A stretch of 64,000 nt of DNA, from the IMG/VR virus record IMGVR_UViG_3300032782_000002; one strand, written 5' to 3'. Source of the stretch: a virus (taxonomy: Duplodnaviria; Caudoviricetes). The notes beneath the pieces are model-generated. The model did no database searches. It was given only the letters and a program-made list of their open reading frames with translations, and was not told the origin of the DNA. Of the stretch, positions 30,324 through 41,260 are shown piece by piece. Made by a program: the position numbers and the translations under genes. Positions within the stretch are counted from its first letter, which is position 1. Every line of letters begins with the position of its first letter.

Positions 30324-30928
30324 CGCTTGAAGGCGCCCAGCACCCACGACGGATCGGGGTGTCCGAAGAGCCGGTTGCGGAACATCGTGAGGGTCGGCCG
30401 GCCCCACGCCTCGCCGCGGCTGGTACCGCGCATGCGGGCGGTCTCCTCGCGATCGATGTCGAACGCCGCGGTGGCGAAGCGATCGATCCAGTACTCCTCC
30501 GGCTGCTCGTTTACGTGGTGGTGACCGCCCTGACCCGGCGTCGCGAACGTGATCACGACCAGACGGCACGCCTGCATCGTGGCCATCCAGTTGGCCATGT
30601 ACTTCTCTTCGACGTGCTCGACGAATTCAGCACACCACCCGAGATCGTAGTGGTCCTTCGGTGTGAAGGGCCCGGCCGTGTAGTCGTGGCGGTACATCGC
30701 GTCGGTGCGTCGCGCCGCGAACGCGGCCGGATCGCCCTCGACGCCGAGCGCGCGCACGCCCGCGTGGGCCCACCACTGCGTGACCCACCCGGCCCCGCAC
30801 CCGATGTCGATCATCGATCGGATGCGGTGGCGATCGATCAGGCCGCCCCAGACGTCGGGCATCCAGGTGTTGGCGTCGGGCTTGTCGTGGTGAGCACCGC
30901 CGAGGTGCGGGGGCGTGGGGGTGGTCAT
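30320..30928 (-). CDS. Class I SAM methyltransferase
   Basis: IDIGCGAG, GVEG, CAEFVEHV, GGHHHVNEQ. Confidence 0.85.
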   Translation of the reverse strand: MTTPTPPHLGGAHHDKPDANTWMPDVWGGLIDRHRIRSMIDIGCGAGWVTQWWAHAGVRALGVEGDPAAFAARRTDAMYRHDYTAGPFTPKDHYDLGWCAEFVEHVEEKYMANWMATMQACRLVVITFATPGQGGHHHVNEQPEEYWIDRFATAAFDIDREETARMRGTSRGEAWGRPTLTMFRNRLFGHPDPSWVLGAFKR

Positions 30929-32265
30929 GTGGAGATGGTGGTTCCGTACTGATCGAGGACACGCGGAAGGATCGTGTAGATCTTCAGCTTGGGGTGGGAG
31001 TGGAACGTCATGCTGATGTCGATCGGGCCGTAGCAGCGTGCTTCGTCCTGCGTCTCGATGAGCGCCAGCAGGGCCTTGCGACGCACGAGGTAGCCGTGCG
31101 TGCACATCGGGTAGCGCACGTCGTAGAGGCCACCACCGAGCGAGCCCTTGACCTTGCCCTCCGTGCAGCAGCTGCCGACGTAGATCATGTCCCAGTCGCT
31201 CGGGGCGGCCTGCAGCGCCTTGCTCATGCGCTCGCGCCAATCGGGGGCGAAGACGGCATCGTCCTCGATGACGAAGAACTCCGTGTCGGGTAGCAGCAGC
31301 AGTGCCGCCCACAGCGCGCGATGCGATAGCCAGCAGCCGACCGCTTTGGCACCCATGTTGAAGCCGCTGCCGGGGTTGTCGACCTCGTAGGGGAGCGTCG
31401 TGACGATCCCGAGCTTGGGCGCGTGGATGCCGTAGAAGAACTGGACGTCGACGCCGCGCTCGACGAAGTGGTTGATGGTGTCCTGCGACGAGCGGGCCGT
31501 GGCGACTGGCCTGTCGTTGTAGAGACCGCCCATGCGCACGTACTCGCCGCGCACGGTCACACAGAAGGCGCGGGGGATGGCGATGGGACCCTGGGGCACG
31601 CCTGAGCGCAGAGCGGGCCTCGGGTGGGGATGCCGGGGCGCACGGAAGACACGCCACGAGCTACCCGCATCGGAGTGGTCCTCGACCAGCGTGTAGCCGT
31701 ACTTGTCCTGCAGCAGCTGCATCGCGTGCTGCATCGTCGCCCATCCGGTGTCGTCGGCGATCCAGTAGCCGCCGGGACGGACCTTGGCGTGCCACGCCTC
31801 GACCTCGGCGCAGCTCACCTCCATGGAGTGGTTGGAGTCGACGTGCAGCACGTCGATGGAGCCGTCGGCGTAGTTGGCGACGACGTCCTGCGAGCGCGCG
31901 CGAATGAGCCGCGCGACGGAGGTGAGCTGCAGGCGGTCCAGCGCACTCTTGGCGCCCGCCAAGATCGTCTCGTAGTCGAGCTTGGCCCACCACTCGTCGT
32001 TGGCCTGACCATTGGTGCCTTCCAGCGCCGCGGCCGCCGTGTACGGATCGACACCGTCCACGGTGCCGGCGCCGAGCACGTGGTGCTGCGCGAGCGCCAT
32101 CGCGGCGAGCGAGCGGCCCCCGAAGACGCCCAGCTCCACACAGGTCTTGCCTTCGGTCTCGACTACGAGGCGGGCCATGCGCTTGGCCTTATCGGGGCTG
32201 CACCAGCCTTCCATCGAGAGGAAGGTGGTGTCGATCAGCGAGTCAACGAGCGCCAGCCCCTGCAT
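30925..32265 (-). CDS. Methyltransf_24-like methyltransferase fused to a GT25 glycosyltransferase
   Basis: VELGVFGGRS, LHVDSNH, VRPGG..ADD; GCWLSHRALW, VIEDDA, WDMIYVG, CTHGYLV. Confidence 0.85.
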   Translation of the reverse strand: MQGLALVDSLIDTTFLSMEGWCSPDKAKRMARLVVETEGKTCVELGVFGGRSLAAMALAQHHVLGAGTVDGVDPYTAAAALEGTNGQANDEWWAKLDYETILAGAKSALDRLQLTSVARLIRARSQDVVANYADGSIDVLHVDSNHSMEVSCAEVEAWHAKVRPGGYWIADDTGWATMQHAMQLLQDKYGYTLVEDHSDAGSSWRVFRAPRHPHPRPALRSGVPQGPIAIPRAFCVTVRGEYVRMGGLYNDRPVATARSSQDTINHFVERGVDVQFFYGIHAPKLGIVTTLPYEVDNPGSGFNMGAKAVGCWLSHRALWAALLLLPDTEFFVIEDDAVFAPDWRERMSKALQAAPSDWDMIYVGSCCTEGKVKGSLGGGLYDVRYPMCTHGYLVRRKALLALIETQDEARCYGPIDISMTFHSHPKLKIYTILPRVLDQYGTTIST

Positions 32266-33166
32266 TGTCTTTCTCCGGTAGGAACAGCTGCTCGACAGTA
32301 GCCGGCGCGACGACGGCCAGGTGCGCAGTGCGATCGGCCACGCCATACGAGATCACCCAGCGGCCCCGCCACCAGGCCATGCCGGCAGCGTACTCGATGC
32401 CGAGCCCCGCGAACACGAAGTCGCGCGAAGCGCCCGTCACGCGGAGCTTGCCGTCGTAGCGCGCGAACCGATGCCAGTAGTGCGCGGCGCCGCCGTACGG
32501 TCGCCGCAGCTCGTGAACGATCGAGATGAAGCCCCCGTCCGGATGGGGGATGAGCTGACTGCCACCGCGCCAGTTGTCGCTCAGACGCGCGCTGCCGAGA
32601 TCCGACATCCTACGGGTTGTGATGTCGAGGGTGATCGGGGGCCCCTTGGGTGAGAACATGACCCGATCCGATCCATCGAGGACGGGCACCCAGTTCTTGG
32701 TGCGCGGTGCGAAGTGCCAGAGATCGGCGACGGCCAGATGCTCGTCGAACACGAACGCGGACAGGTGGAAGTCGAGACCGCTGTTGCCCGTCGTGGCGAT
32801 GGCGCCCAGCCGTCCGCTGGACCACACGAATAGCCGCGCGTCCTCGGCGCCGAGCACACCGCAGCGCGCCACGTCGATGCCGCGCACGACGCGTGTGTTG
32901 GCGAGCTGCCAGTCGTCGCCGATCTGCCCGAGCACGATCTGCGAGTGCGGCTTGACGGCGCTCAGGTACGCGCGGATGGCGACGTGCAGCGTGCCGTCAC
33001 GCACGAGCAGGGAGGGGTTGAAGAGATCCGCGCCACCCAGGAGCCCGGGGGGCAGGCGCATGGAATGGCACGCCTCGACGGGCAGCAGCCGCGGGGCAGG
33101 CGGGGGCGGCGCCACCCCAAGACGCGCGGCGCGCCGCCGCTCGGCCGGTGAGCGAGCAGGCTTCAC
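32243..33166 (-). CDS. Five-bladed beta-propeller glycoside hydrolase/phosphorylase-like (GH130-like) protein
   Basis: FNPSL, AEDARLF, KNWVP, RGGSQLI, IEYAAG, SYGVAD. Confidence 0.75.
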   Translation of the reverse strand: MKPARSPAERRRAARLGVAPPPPAPRLLPVEACHSMRLPPGLLGGADLFNPSLLVRDGTLHVAIRAYLSAVKPHSQIVLGQIGDDWQLANTRVVRGIDVARCGVLGAEDARLFVWSSGRLGAIATTGNSGLDFHLSAFVFDEHLAVADLWHFAPRTKNWVPVLDGSDRVMFSPKGPPITLDITTRRMSDLGSARLSDNWRGGSQLIPHPDGGFISIVHELRRPYGGAAHYWHRFARYDGKLRVTGASRDFVFAGLGIEYAAGMAWWRGRWVISYGVADRTAHLAVVAPATVEQLFLPEKDNAGAGAR

Positions 33167-34687
33167 GCCACCTGCCGACGCCGCCGGGCAGTCCGCTCGT
33201 GCTCGGCCTGCTCCAGCTGCTTGTGCAGCTCCGGAGTCATCCACTCCGGCGGGTCGTTGCGCAGAAAGCTCACCTTGTAGTACTGGTCGAACTCGCGACC
33301 GCACGCCGAACAGAACTGCACAGCACGGACAAGGTAGCCCTTGTCGGCCATCACCTGCGCGACGATCTTGTGCTCGCGGCCGACGTGGCCCTTGCACCAG
33401 CGCTTGGTGTCCTTGCTGCGCGCGGGCGGCCCGCTCGTGACGTCGGGGCCATTGTGAACGTGGCGCGCGTCGCGCACGACGATGGCCCGTGCGCGCCAGC
33501 TGTACGTGCCGTCCTTCTTGAGGGTGGCCATCCCCCGACTCTACTAGAGGAGGAGGGGCCCGGCTACCCGCTCTGTCACGACCATCAGGCCCACCACGCG
33601 CCGGTTCGCCGAGACCCGTACGCGCTGCACCTTGTGGGTGGTCCACGCCGACTCGTCGAGTGAGCGCTGCTCCAGGTGAAAGACCTCACCGACTTGCGCG
33701 TCGACCCGGTAGCTGTACTCGGCGAGCGCCCGGCGACCACGGGGGTCCTCGTCCTCCATCACGCGCTCGCTGTCGGGGATGTCGGGGCGCCGGCAGATGA
33801 ACTTCGGCATCAGACCTTCTTGAACTTCGGCTGGCCGCACGGCCAGGTGGCCGTCGTGATGGTGTGCTGGGCAACCGGGCAGCTCACGTGGTGGGTCTGT
33901 CCGTCGGGGCAGCCGCTGATGACCTCGGTGGTCGGCGCCTTGACCAGGCTGGCACACGAGCAGGCCGTCGGCTGCTGCACCGTCACAGGATGGGTGGGGC
34001 TGAAGCCGGCGATGCGCAGCGCCAGCTCCAGATCATCGGCGAACTGAGCGTCAATCGCGCGCCGCCGCTGGGCGTACTCCCACAGCAGGTCCTGCGCGGA
34101 CTTGTCGTCGACGCTCAGCGGGACCTTGCCGCGGGGGCACTCGGGGTACTTGTCGCTCTGGAACTTGCCGTCGATCAGATGCGGATGTTCGCTCACTGGA
34201 CCTCTCCCTCTCCTGCAGCCAGCTGGCGCTTGCCGCTGCCGGGACACGACTCGTACTTCATGTGCGAGCCGGTGCAGAACGCACGCTCGTGGGGGACCGC
34301 GACGCCCTTGGCGATTCGTACGGAGCGGCCGCACACCGAACAGGGCGCGCGAAGCTCGCCGTGGCAGGCGTCGCACTGGGGACCGAGCATCACGTGCGGC
34401 ATTCAACTCTCCGTGCGCCGTGGGGGCGGCTTCTTGGGCAGGTTCTGCAGGATCGCGGGGGTTGGCACCTCGCGGCCGCGCGGCACACGGCCTGACGACA
34501 CGAGGTTCTCGTACTCGGGCTCGGGCTCGAACTTCTCGCCGCGCAACGCCGCCTCGATCCACTGGCGCTGCTTCTTCGTCAGCGGCCAGCGATCGAGCTT
34601 GTGCTGCATGTCCTCGAAGGCTGCCCGCGCTGCGTCGGACAGATCGTCGCGTTCGAGCACCGCCGCGAGCAGCGCCAGATCCTTCAT
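33163..34687 (-). CDS. Run of small orphan genes, several with CxxC zinc motifs (33163-33531, 33544-33810, 33810-34196, 34193-34402, 34403-34687)
   Basis: Abutting or overlapping ORFs with phage-like packing. Confidence 0.5.
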
Positions 34688-35235
34688 GCGATCTGCAGCG
34701 CCACGCGCAGCTCCTGCTTGCGCTCTTCGAGCGATGAGAACTCCAACCCCCGGACGGTGGCGAACCGGCCGCGCTCCAGAAACGAGATCAGCAGCGTTTC
34801 GTAGATTGTGTGGTACGCGGCGTCCGCGATTCGCGCCGGATCCCCCGCGGTGTCGAAGAAGGACTCTATGCAGCACACGATGATGTGCGTGTAGCGCTCG
34901 CAGCCCTTGCCCGCCGTGTTGAGCGTCGCGGCGTCGATCGCGTGCACGTCGTGCAGCGCGGTGTACGTCAGGTTGTCGAGCGTCGTGCGGTCGGTGACGA
35001 ACGACTCGTGCTCGGCCTCCCAGGCCATCTTAGCAGCGAGCAGGCGCTGCTGGAACTCGGCGCGCTTGCCGGCCTTGTCGACGTCGTATGGCGAGGCGAA
35101 GCCCATCTCTGCGGCGACGCTGCGCGCGCCGATGGGGTTGAGCGGCAGGTTGTAGGAGTGGGCGACCCACTCGGCGAGAGTGGACTTGCCGGTGCCGCTC
35201 GCTCCGGCGAACGCGACGCGCAGGGGAGTCTTCAC
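34684..35235 (-). CDS. AAA_28/NadR-type P-loop nucleotide kinase-like protein
   Basis: GASGTGKS; FVTDRTTLD. Confidence 0.8.
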   Translation of the reverse strand: MKTPLRVAFAGASGTGKSTLAEWVAHSYNLPLNPIGARSVAAEMGFASPYDVDKAGKRAEFQQRLLAAKMAWEAEHESFVTDRTTLDNLTYTALHDVHAIDAATLNTAGKGCERYTHIIVCCIESFFDTAGDPARIADAAYHTIYETLLISFLERGRFATVRGLEFSSLEERKQELRVALQIA

Positions 35236-35582
35236 GGGGCCCCCGCGAAGCCCTGCGTGCCAGCCGGCAGCGGCGGACGGTAGGTGAGCACGGGGCCGAT
35301 GCCGCGCAGGCCGTAGCGGCGCATGGCCGCGATGCGGATCCTAGGGACGAGGGAGATCCTCCTCCAGAACGCTTCGACACACTCCTGCGTGCCGCCGAAC
35401 ATCGCATCGGCGAGCGCCGCCTCGGCGATGGCGCGACTCGTGGCTTCCACGATCGCCTCGATGCACACGCCGCCAGGCGCCAGGCCGCCGTGCGCTTGCG
35501 CGTGCAGCATCACCTGCACCGCCATCAGCCGACCGTCCTTGTCGAGCAGCGATACCAGGGCGTACTTGGTCATCTCAGCCAT
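35232..35582 (-). CDS. Hypothetical protein
   Basis: Packed ORF. Confidence 0.45.
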   Translation of the reverse strand: MAEMTKYALVSLLDKDGRLMAVQVMLHAQAHGGLAPGGVCIEAIVEATSRAIAEAALADAMFGGTQECVEAFWRRISLVPRIRIAAMRRYGLRGIGPVLTYRPPLPAGTQGFAGAP

Positions 35583-35938
35583 CTACCGACTCCAGTTGAT
35601 CCAGCCGATACCAGACTAGATTACCTCCGTGGTCCACGAGTGCGAGCCCTTCTGCACGCATGGTGATCCACCCGAGCGGCAGGTGGTTGGGGCGGAAGGC
35701 CACCCGCGTGCCCACCGGCAGCTCGATCACCGCTTCCAGCTGCCGTCGGTCATGAAGTCGTGCGCCCATGTCTGGACCACCGGTCCGCCCTCGACGGCCA
35801 CCCAGCCGTCCTTGGTGGCGATGAGATCTACCTGGGCGTCGCCGTCGCCGTACGTGAATGGATGGACGTAGCCAGCCTTCTGGTAGCCGTTGAGGCTCTC
35901 CACCTGCTCGTCGCTCCAGGGCGCATGCACGAGCGCCA

Positions 35939-36706
35939 TCAGACACCTCCCAGGTGAAGATACTCTGCCGATGACGTGGTGAGCGATCGGCGGTACTGAC
36001 CGCGGCGTCGCTTCGTGATGTCGATCACACGCGCCTTGGGGATGTCGAGGCGCCGGCCTTCGCTCAGACCGACCCGCGCACCGGCCGCGCGCCACTGTTT
36101 GAAGACATGCTCTGCTGAGTGCTGCAGCAGCTCGACGTCGTACCCCTGCCGATCAGCGTACGGTGGATCGAGGTAGACGACCGCGTTCTTGAACGGCCGG
36201 ATGCTGCCGGCATGCGCCTGGCGGATCGCGAACATGGCCGGATCGAGATCGAGCGCCTCGATGCGGTCGCACAGCGACGGGATCGTGGGGATGAAGCCGC
36301 GCACGGACGGTCGCCGCTTGTGCTTGCCCTTGAACCCGCCGATGCCACCGCGCGATGCGGCCGTGACGAAGAGCCAGCGCGCAGCCTCCATCTCCTGCGG
36401 TCCGTAGGTGTACCCGCGCAGCCGCTCCCACCACTCGCGCGTGGCCGGCCATCGGCGCAGATACGACACGACCGCCATGCGTGACGACTCGCACACGAGA
36501 GACCGGAGCACCGCCACGATCGAGGGGTCGCTGTCGACCAGCAGGAACTTGCGCACATCGCGGCGCTCAACCCCGAGCGCCTCGATCACTGCGGCGGCGT
36601 AGCCGGTCTTGGCGCCGATGCGCGACACCGGCGGCTTGTGGCCGAGCAGGTGCAACGACACCGAGGCCAGCCCGGCATACAGCTCGCAGAACACGATCTT
36701 GGCCAT
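35939..36706 (-). CDS. Divergent D12-class DNA adenine methyltransferase
   Basis: ELYAGLASV, RIGAKTGY, VYLDPPY. Confidence 0.75.
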   Translation of the reverse strand: MAKIVFCELYAGLASVSLHLLGHKPPVSRIGAKTGYAAAVIEALGVERRDVRKFLLVDSDPSIVAVLRSLVCESSRMAVVSYLRRWPATREWWERLRGYTYGPQEMEAARWLFVTAASRGGIGGFKGKHKRRPSVRGFIPTIPSLCDRIEALDLDPAMFAIRQAHAGSIRPFKNAVVYLDPPYADRQGYDVELLQHSAEHVFKQWRAAGARVGLSEGRRLDIPKARVIDITKRRRGQYRRSLTTSSAEYLHLGGV

Positions 36707-37110
36707 CAGCGCTTCGCTCCACCGTCGATGACCGCGAGGCCGCGTGAGGTAAGCCGGGGACCATCGGGAGTGTCGATGATCGTGCCGTCGAGATCGATGT
36801 TGGTGTGGCCGATGACGTACTTGCTCGCATTGGGCCCTGGGAGAATGACCCAACCAAACAGCTTGGTCCGGGTGACGCGCATGATCTCGTGCCACTCTTG
36901 CGTGATGTCGCGCTCCGGCTTGGGGTCGATCTGCTCGATACGCAGGGTGAGTGTCACGCACGGCTGCCGGCCGTTCTTGCGCGGTAGCCTGCCAGCCGAT
37001 GTGCCTGGAGCCACGCTCCAGTCCCGGTGCACGAACGCCGCCACCACCTTGTCGACGTAGGCCGCCGACAGCAGGTAGGCGATCAGGTAGTAGGAGGGCG
37101 GATCGCTCAT
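36706..37110 (-). CDS. Hypothetical protein
   Basis: Packed ORF. Confidence 0.5.
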   Translation of the reverse strand: MSDPPSYYLIAYLLSAAYVDKVVAAFVHRDWSVAPGTSAGRLPRKNGRQPCVTLTLRIEQIDPKPERDITQEWHEIMRVTRTKLFGWVILPGPNASKYVIGHTNIDLDGTIIDTPDGPRLTSRGLAVIDGGAKR

Positions 37111-37112
37111 CG

Positions 37113-37628
37113 TCACGTCGCTGTGAGGAAGTGGTGGACGCTGGCGTTCCAGCGGGCGTCGCGCAGCGCGTGATGCCCACCGGGCTTGTCGGGGAGCTTG
37201 GGGTTGCCCTTGTCGACGCAGAGCTGCTTCAGCTCGTGGAACCACTTGGGCCATTCCTTGGGCAGCCCGAGGAGCTTGCCGCCCATCAGCTGGTAGAAGG
37301 CCACCCAGTCGGACGCGCCGTAGTAGGCCCAGAACTCGGTCGGCGCCGTGGCGGGCATTGGATGCGCGAGCGTGCCGTGGGGGTAGAAGAAGCGCTGGAT
37401 GGCGGTGCGCATGTGAACGCGATCCATCCAGGCCGGATCGCTCCACGGAGGCAACTCGGGGAGCACGTTGGCGCGCATCCAGTCGTCGCGCGCGACGCGC
37501 CCGAGATCGGCGTCGAGGTTGCAAGCGTAGAACTCGCGCCCGTCCTGGCCTACGAGCCCGAGGGACACGAGTTCGATGTGCTTGTCGTCTTCGAGAAACT
37601 CGGTGTCGAGGAAGTAACGCATGCTCAC
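37113..37628 (-). CDS. DEDDh 3'-5' exoribonuclease (RNase AS/DUF5051-like)
   Basis: YFLDTEF, WAYYGASDWV, HHALRDARW. Confidence 0.85.
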   Translation of the reverse strand: MSMRYFLDTEFLEDDKHIELVSLGLVGQDGREFYACNLDADLGRVARDDWMRANVLPELPPWSDPAWMDRVHMRTAIQRFFYPHGTLAHPMPATAPTEFWAYYGASDWVAFYQLMGGKLLGLPKEWPKWFHELKQLCVDKGNPKLPDKPGGHHALRDARWNASVHHFLTAT

Positions 37629-39508
37629 CTCAGGGGGTTGAGGGTCTCGTCGGCGGTCTCGGGATCCTGGGGTGGTGGAGGGGGCGGATCGCCGTTGACG
37701 ATCCAGTCACGCAACTTGCGCGTCCGCCGCCACAACTTCAAGCCCATCTCCTGCACGCCAAGACCGCCGACAATCAAACAACCGATCGTCGCCCCGACAG
37801 GCCACGTCGCTGCGATGAAGAGCCACTTGCACTTGGCAACGCCGCCCTCCTCAGTGGTCACGACCGCGCCGGACAGCACCAGCCCGATGACCACATAGGC
37901 CGCTTCGAGGGCTATGTGGGCGTCCATGGATGCCTGCCGCCAGGTGCACACGCGCCAGATCGTGACGGCCACCACGACGAATGTAGCGGGCGGGCCGATG
38001 AGGAGAAGAACACGCCCTACAGCAGCAAGAGGGTGCGCGTCGGGGATCGCGGGGCCAGTGCGGTACGGTTGCTTCATCGGGGGTCTCCCAGCGCCGCGTC
38101 GAATGCGGCTGCCATCTTGCGGTACGTCTCGGGCTCGGGCAGCTCGTCCAGCTCGCGCGTCGCCTGCGCGGTCGCGATGCGGAAGATCGCGTGGCGGTGC
38201 CACGGATCCTTGAAGCCGATCAGCAAGTCGCGCAGTCCGTCCAGAAGCATGGACTCGGCCGTGCGATGGACGCCGAAGACCGGATCGTAGTCTTCGAGCG
38301 CGCGGATGGTTGCGGGAGTGCGGTGCTCGCGCAGCGCCTTGCGATAGGCCGCGTGATAGCGACTTCCCCACGCGATGAACTCGCGGCGTCGCTCGGCGAG
38401 GGCGAGCAGCAGCCCGCGATTGAGCAGCGCGTCCTGCGTCGCCCCGGTTGTCATGACGCCTGCACCAGGCCCGCCAGCGGATCGCCCAGCCCATCGTCGA
38501 TTGCGCGCTGCCGCCACCGCTCGGCTGCCACGAAGTACGGCGTGGCGTCCTTGACGCTGGTCTTGGCGGCCAGCTCGCCGATCGCGCGCTGCTGGACGGC
38601 CAGGTAGCGCACCGACGGATCCTTCTCGATCTCCTGCCCCGGTCTGTACTCCTGCCAGATCGCGTCACGGATGGCCCTACGCAGCGAGAACCAGTGCGTG
38701 CGGCACATCAGCATGCGTTCGGGTACCGGCAGCTTGCAGCCGTGTGCGTGGCAGGTGTGGCGGTGACGTGCGGCGGCCATCAGGGCTCCTCGCGGTCCGT
38801 GTCGAGCGGGCAGTGGCGCCCGGAGCGCGCGGGCTCGCCGTCGCGATTCTGGGGGCACTCGGGCCACTCGCAGTAGTCATCGTCGTCCGCCTGGCAGAGC
38901 GTCATGCAGCGCCTCGACGCGCTGTAGTTCGCCCGCGTGGGAAGCACCTGCAGCTGGTCGGGGCGGTACGCGTATCGCAGACCGCTCGGCTCCCACCGGA
39001 CATCGACCTCGGGGCCCGACGTCGCGCCGTAGCTGGTCGGGCCCTGCACGACGCCTACGCAGTGGCCGAACTCGGCGAGGTGCGCCTTCGAACAACGCGT
39101 GCACGTCTCGTCGTCGGTGCCGTCCACGTGGCCTTCCGACGTACACGCCCCCATCAGCTCGCGCTTGAGGGTGTCTCGCATGACGACGCGTGTTCCGGCC
39201 TTCATCTAGTCCTCGTCGATGACGTGCACCAGCGGCTCCTCGGGCGGGCACAACGTCTGGATCCACTGGCTGGTCTTCTCGTCGTGCAGATCGAGGCCGG
39301 TGTACTCGCGGATGTCGACCGCGTGGACTGGCGCGAAGCCCGGCTTGCGTCCGCGCTGCTGGTAGTCCTGCCAGCGCATGTGAAGCCGCCCCGCCGCGAA
39401 GAGTACATCCATGTCGAAGATCTTGCCGGGACGAAACCAGTCCAAGATGTAGCGGCGCATCTGGGGCGGCATGCCGCGCAGATCTGGACGGGCGAACATG
39501 ATGGACAT
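37625..39508 (-). CDS. Run of small orphans (37625-38077 membrane, 38074-38454, 38451-38780 Zn-finger, 38780-39205, 39206-39508)
   Basis: Abutting ORFs with ATGA overlaps. Confidence 0.5.
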
Positions 39509-39514
39509 GGTAGC

Positions 39515-40060
39515 TCAGTGGGTAGGCTCGCCGGTCGTCGAGCAGTCGATGCAGTCGCACTGCGCGACGAGCTTGTCGAGGACGGGCTCGTAGAAGGACT
39601 TGAAAGGCGACTGCGCCAGAAACGCTTGCGTCGTCATCCACGCGACAGGGCAGCCCTCCTCCATCTCGCGAGGCTCGCCGAACGCCGTCACGGCGAACAC
39701 GTAGACGACTGCCGCACGGCCCTCGCGACGGATGACCTCGGCCTGGATGTCGTGGGGCCCACAGTAGAGGAGGTGGGCGCGCTCGGTAAGCATGCCGGTC
39801 TCTTCCTCCAGCTCCCGCTTCTGGGCATCCTGGGGCGACTCGCCGGGCTCGACCTTGCCGCCTGGCATCGCCCAGCCGTTGTAGCGGTGGTTCCAGACGC
39901 AGAGCAGACGGGGCTCACCGTCCGAGTGATCGAGAATGAGCGAGACGGCCGCGCAGCGACGGGGATCGCTGCCTGCCTTGGGGCAGATGGCGGAGTGGTA
40001 GGGGTACTCGGGGAGCCCCGCGCCGCAGCTGCAAGCCGTCTCGCTCATCGGGGTGCTCAC
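39515..40060 (-). CDS. NUDIX hydrolase with Cys-containing termini
   Basis: GGKVEPGESPQDAQKRELEEETG. Confidence 0.9.
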   Translation of the reverse strand: MSTPMSETACSCGAGLPEYPYHSAICPKAGSDPRRCAAVSLILDHSDGEPRLLCVWNHRYNGWAMPGGKVEPGESPQDAQKRELEEETGMLTERAHLLYCGPHDIQAEVIRREGRAAVVYVFAVTAFGEPREMEEGCPVAWMTTQAFLAQSPFKSFYEPVLDKLVAQCDCIDCSTTGEPTH

Positions 40061-40368
40061 TCGGCCGGATAGGCAGCCGACACGGGACCCTTGGCGGGGA
40101 TCGCGGGGCCGCTGGTGTGGTTGCGCTCGGCCTGCTGCTGCAGGTTGTCGATCTCGCTCTCGATGTCGAGGACCTTGTTGTCCGCCTTGGTGACCTTCTC
40201 GCGGACGATCCGCAACACGCGCTGCGCCGCGGCGACAGCCTTGTCCGCCGCGATTGCCCGCTTGTTCGCTGCCGCGACCTCCTTCTCCGCCGCCTTGCTC
40301 TTCGTCCTGGCGACGGCGAGCTTCTTCTTGAGGGTTGCCAGCTTCTTCTTGACCTTCTTGTCGCTCAT
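40057..40368 (-). CDS. Basic coiled-coil protein
   Basis: K/A-rich heptads. Confidence 0.6.
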   Translation of the reverse strand: MSDKKVKKKLATLKKKLAVARTKSKAAEKEVAAANKRAIAADKAVAAAQRVLRIVREKVTKADNKVLDIESEIDNLQQQAERNHTSGPAIPAKGPVSAAYPAE

Positions 40369-40384
40369 GGGATGTGCCTGTCTC

Positions 40385-41260
40385 CTAGGTGATGATCAAC
40401 TCCGAAACCTTGCCGCGCTTGGCGCCCTTGCTGTTGATGTTGCGGCGCGCCTGCACCGAGTGAAGCGTGAAGCCGCGCGCGTAGAGCTTGCGCACGATCG
40501 GCGTGTCGCTGTTGGAGAGCACGACGGTAACGCCAATCTTCTTGAGCGCCAGAGCGACCTCGGCGAGGCGCGCCTGCTCGTCGGGTCCGAAGGGCGCCTT
40601 GGTGTAGGCCGTGAAGTCGGCGGTATCGCTCGCCGGCACGTAGGGTGGATCGAAGTAGACGATGTCGCCGCGCTTGGCGAGAGCGACGGTGCGCTCGAAG
40701 TCCTCGCTCGTGAGCTTGACGCCACGCAGCGCGAGACCCGCACTGCGAATGTTGTACGCGTCGCAGACCGTGCGGCGGCCAGTGCGCGAGCCGTCGTACG
40801 GCACGTTGAAGCCGCCCTTGCGGTTGACGCGCCACAGCCCGTTGTAGCAAGTCTTGTTGAGGTAGATCATCCAGGCCGCGCCGGTGCTCGGAGTCGTGAT
40901 CCAGTGGCGGCTCTGACCGCTGGCGTACTGCAGGTTGAACGCCTCGCGCAGCTTGTAGTACTGGGCCTCGGTGTCGGGGATGCTGAGGAGCACCCGGATG
41001 ACGCGAGGGGCGTCGGTGCGGACGGCGCGCATGGTCTCGATGAGCGCGCGGTTGGTGTCGCCGAGCACAGCGCGCGGCGCGGGCCGCAGGCCGAAGAACA
41101 CCGCCGCGGCGCCGCAGAACGGCTCGAAGAATGTGCCCGTCGGGCGGCTGGGGATGTACTTGCGCAGCTCTTCGAGGAGCTGTCCCTTGCCACCTGCCCA
41201 CTTGAGGAACGGACCGGCGCGATCGTCGTCGTCGGCATGAATCGGTGCAGCGCTCGTCAT
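40385..41260 (-). CDS. dam: Dam-family DNA adenine methyltransferase
   Basis: PFLKWAGGKGQL, EPFCG, YLNKTCYNGLWRVN, YFDPPY, LSNSD. Confidence 0.92.
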   Translation of the reverse strand: MTSAAPIHADDDDRAGPFLKWAGGKGQLLEELRKYIPSRPTGTFFEPFCGAAAVFFGLRPAPRAVLGDTNRALIETMRAVRTDAPRVIRVLLSIPDTEAQYYKLREAFNLQYASGQSRHWITTPSTGAAWMIYLNKTCYNGLWRVNRKGGFNVPYDGSRTGRRTVCDAYNIRSAGLALRGVKLTSEDFERTVALAKRGDIVYFDPPYVPASDTADFTAYTKAPFGPDEQARLAEVALALKKIGVTVVLSNSDTPIVRKLYARGFTLHSVQARRNINSKGAKRGKVSELIIT

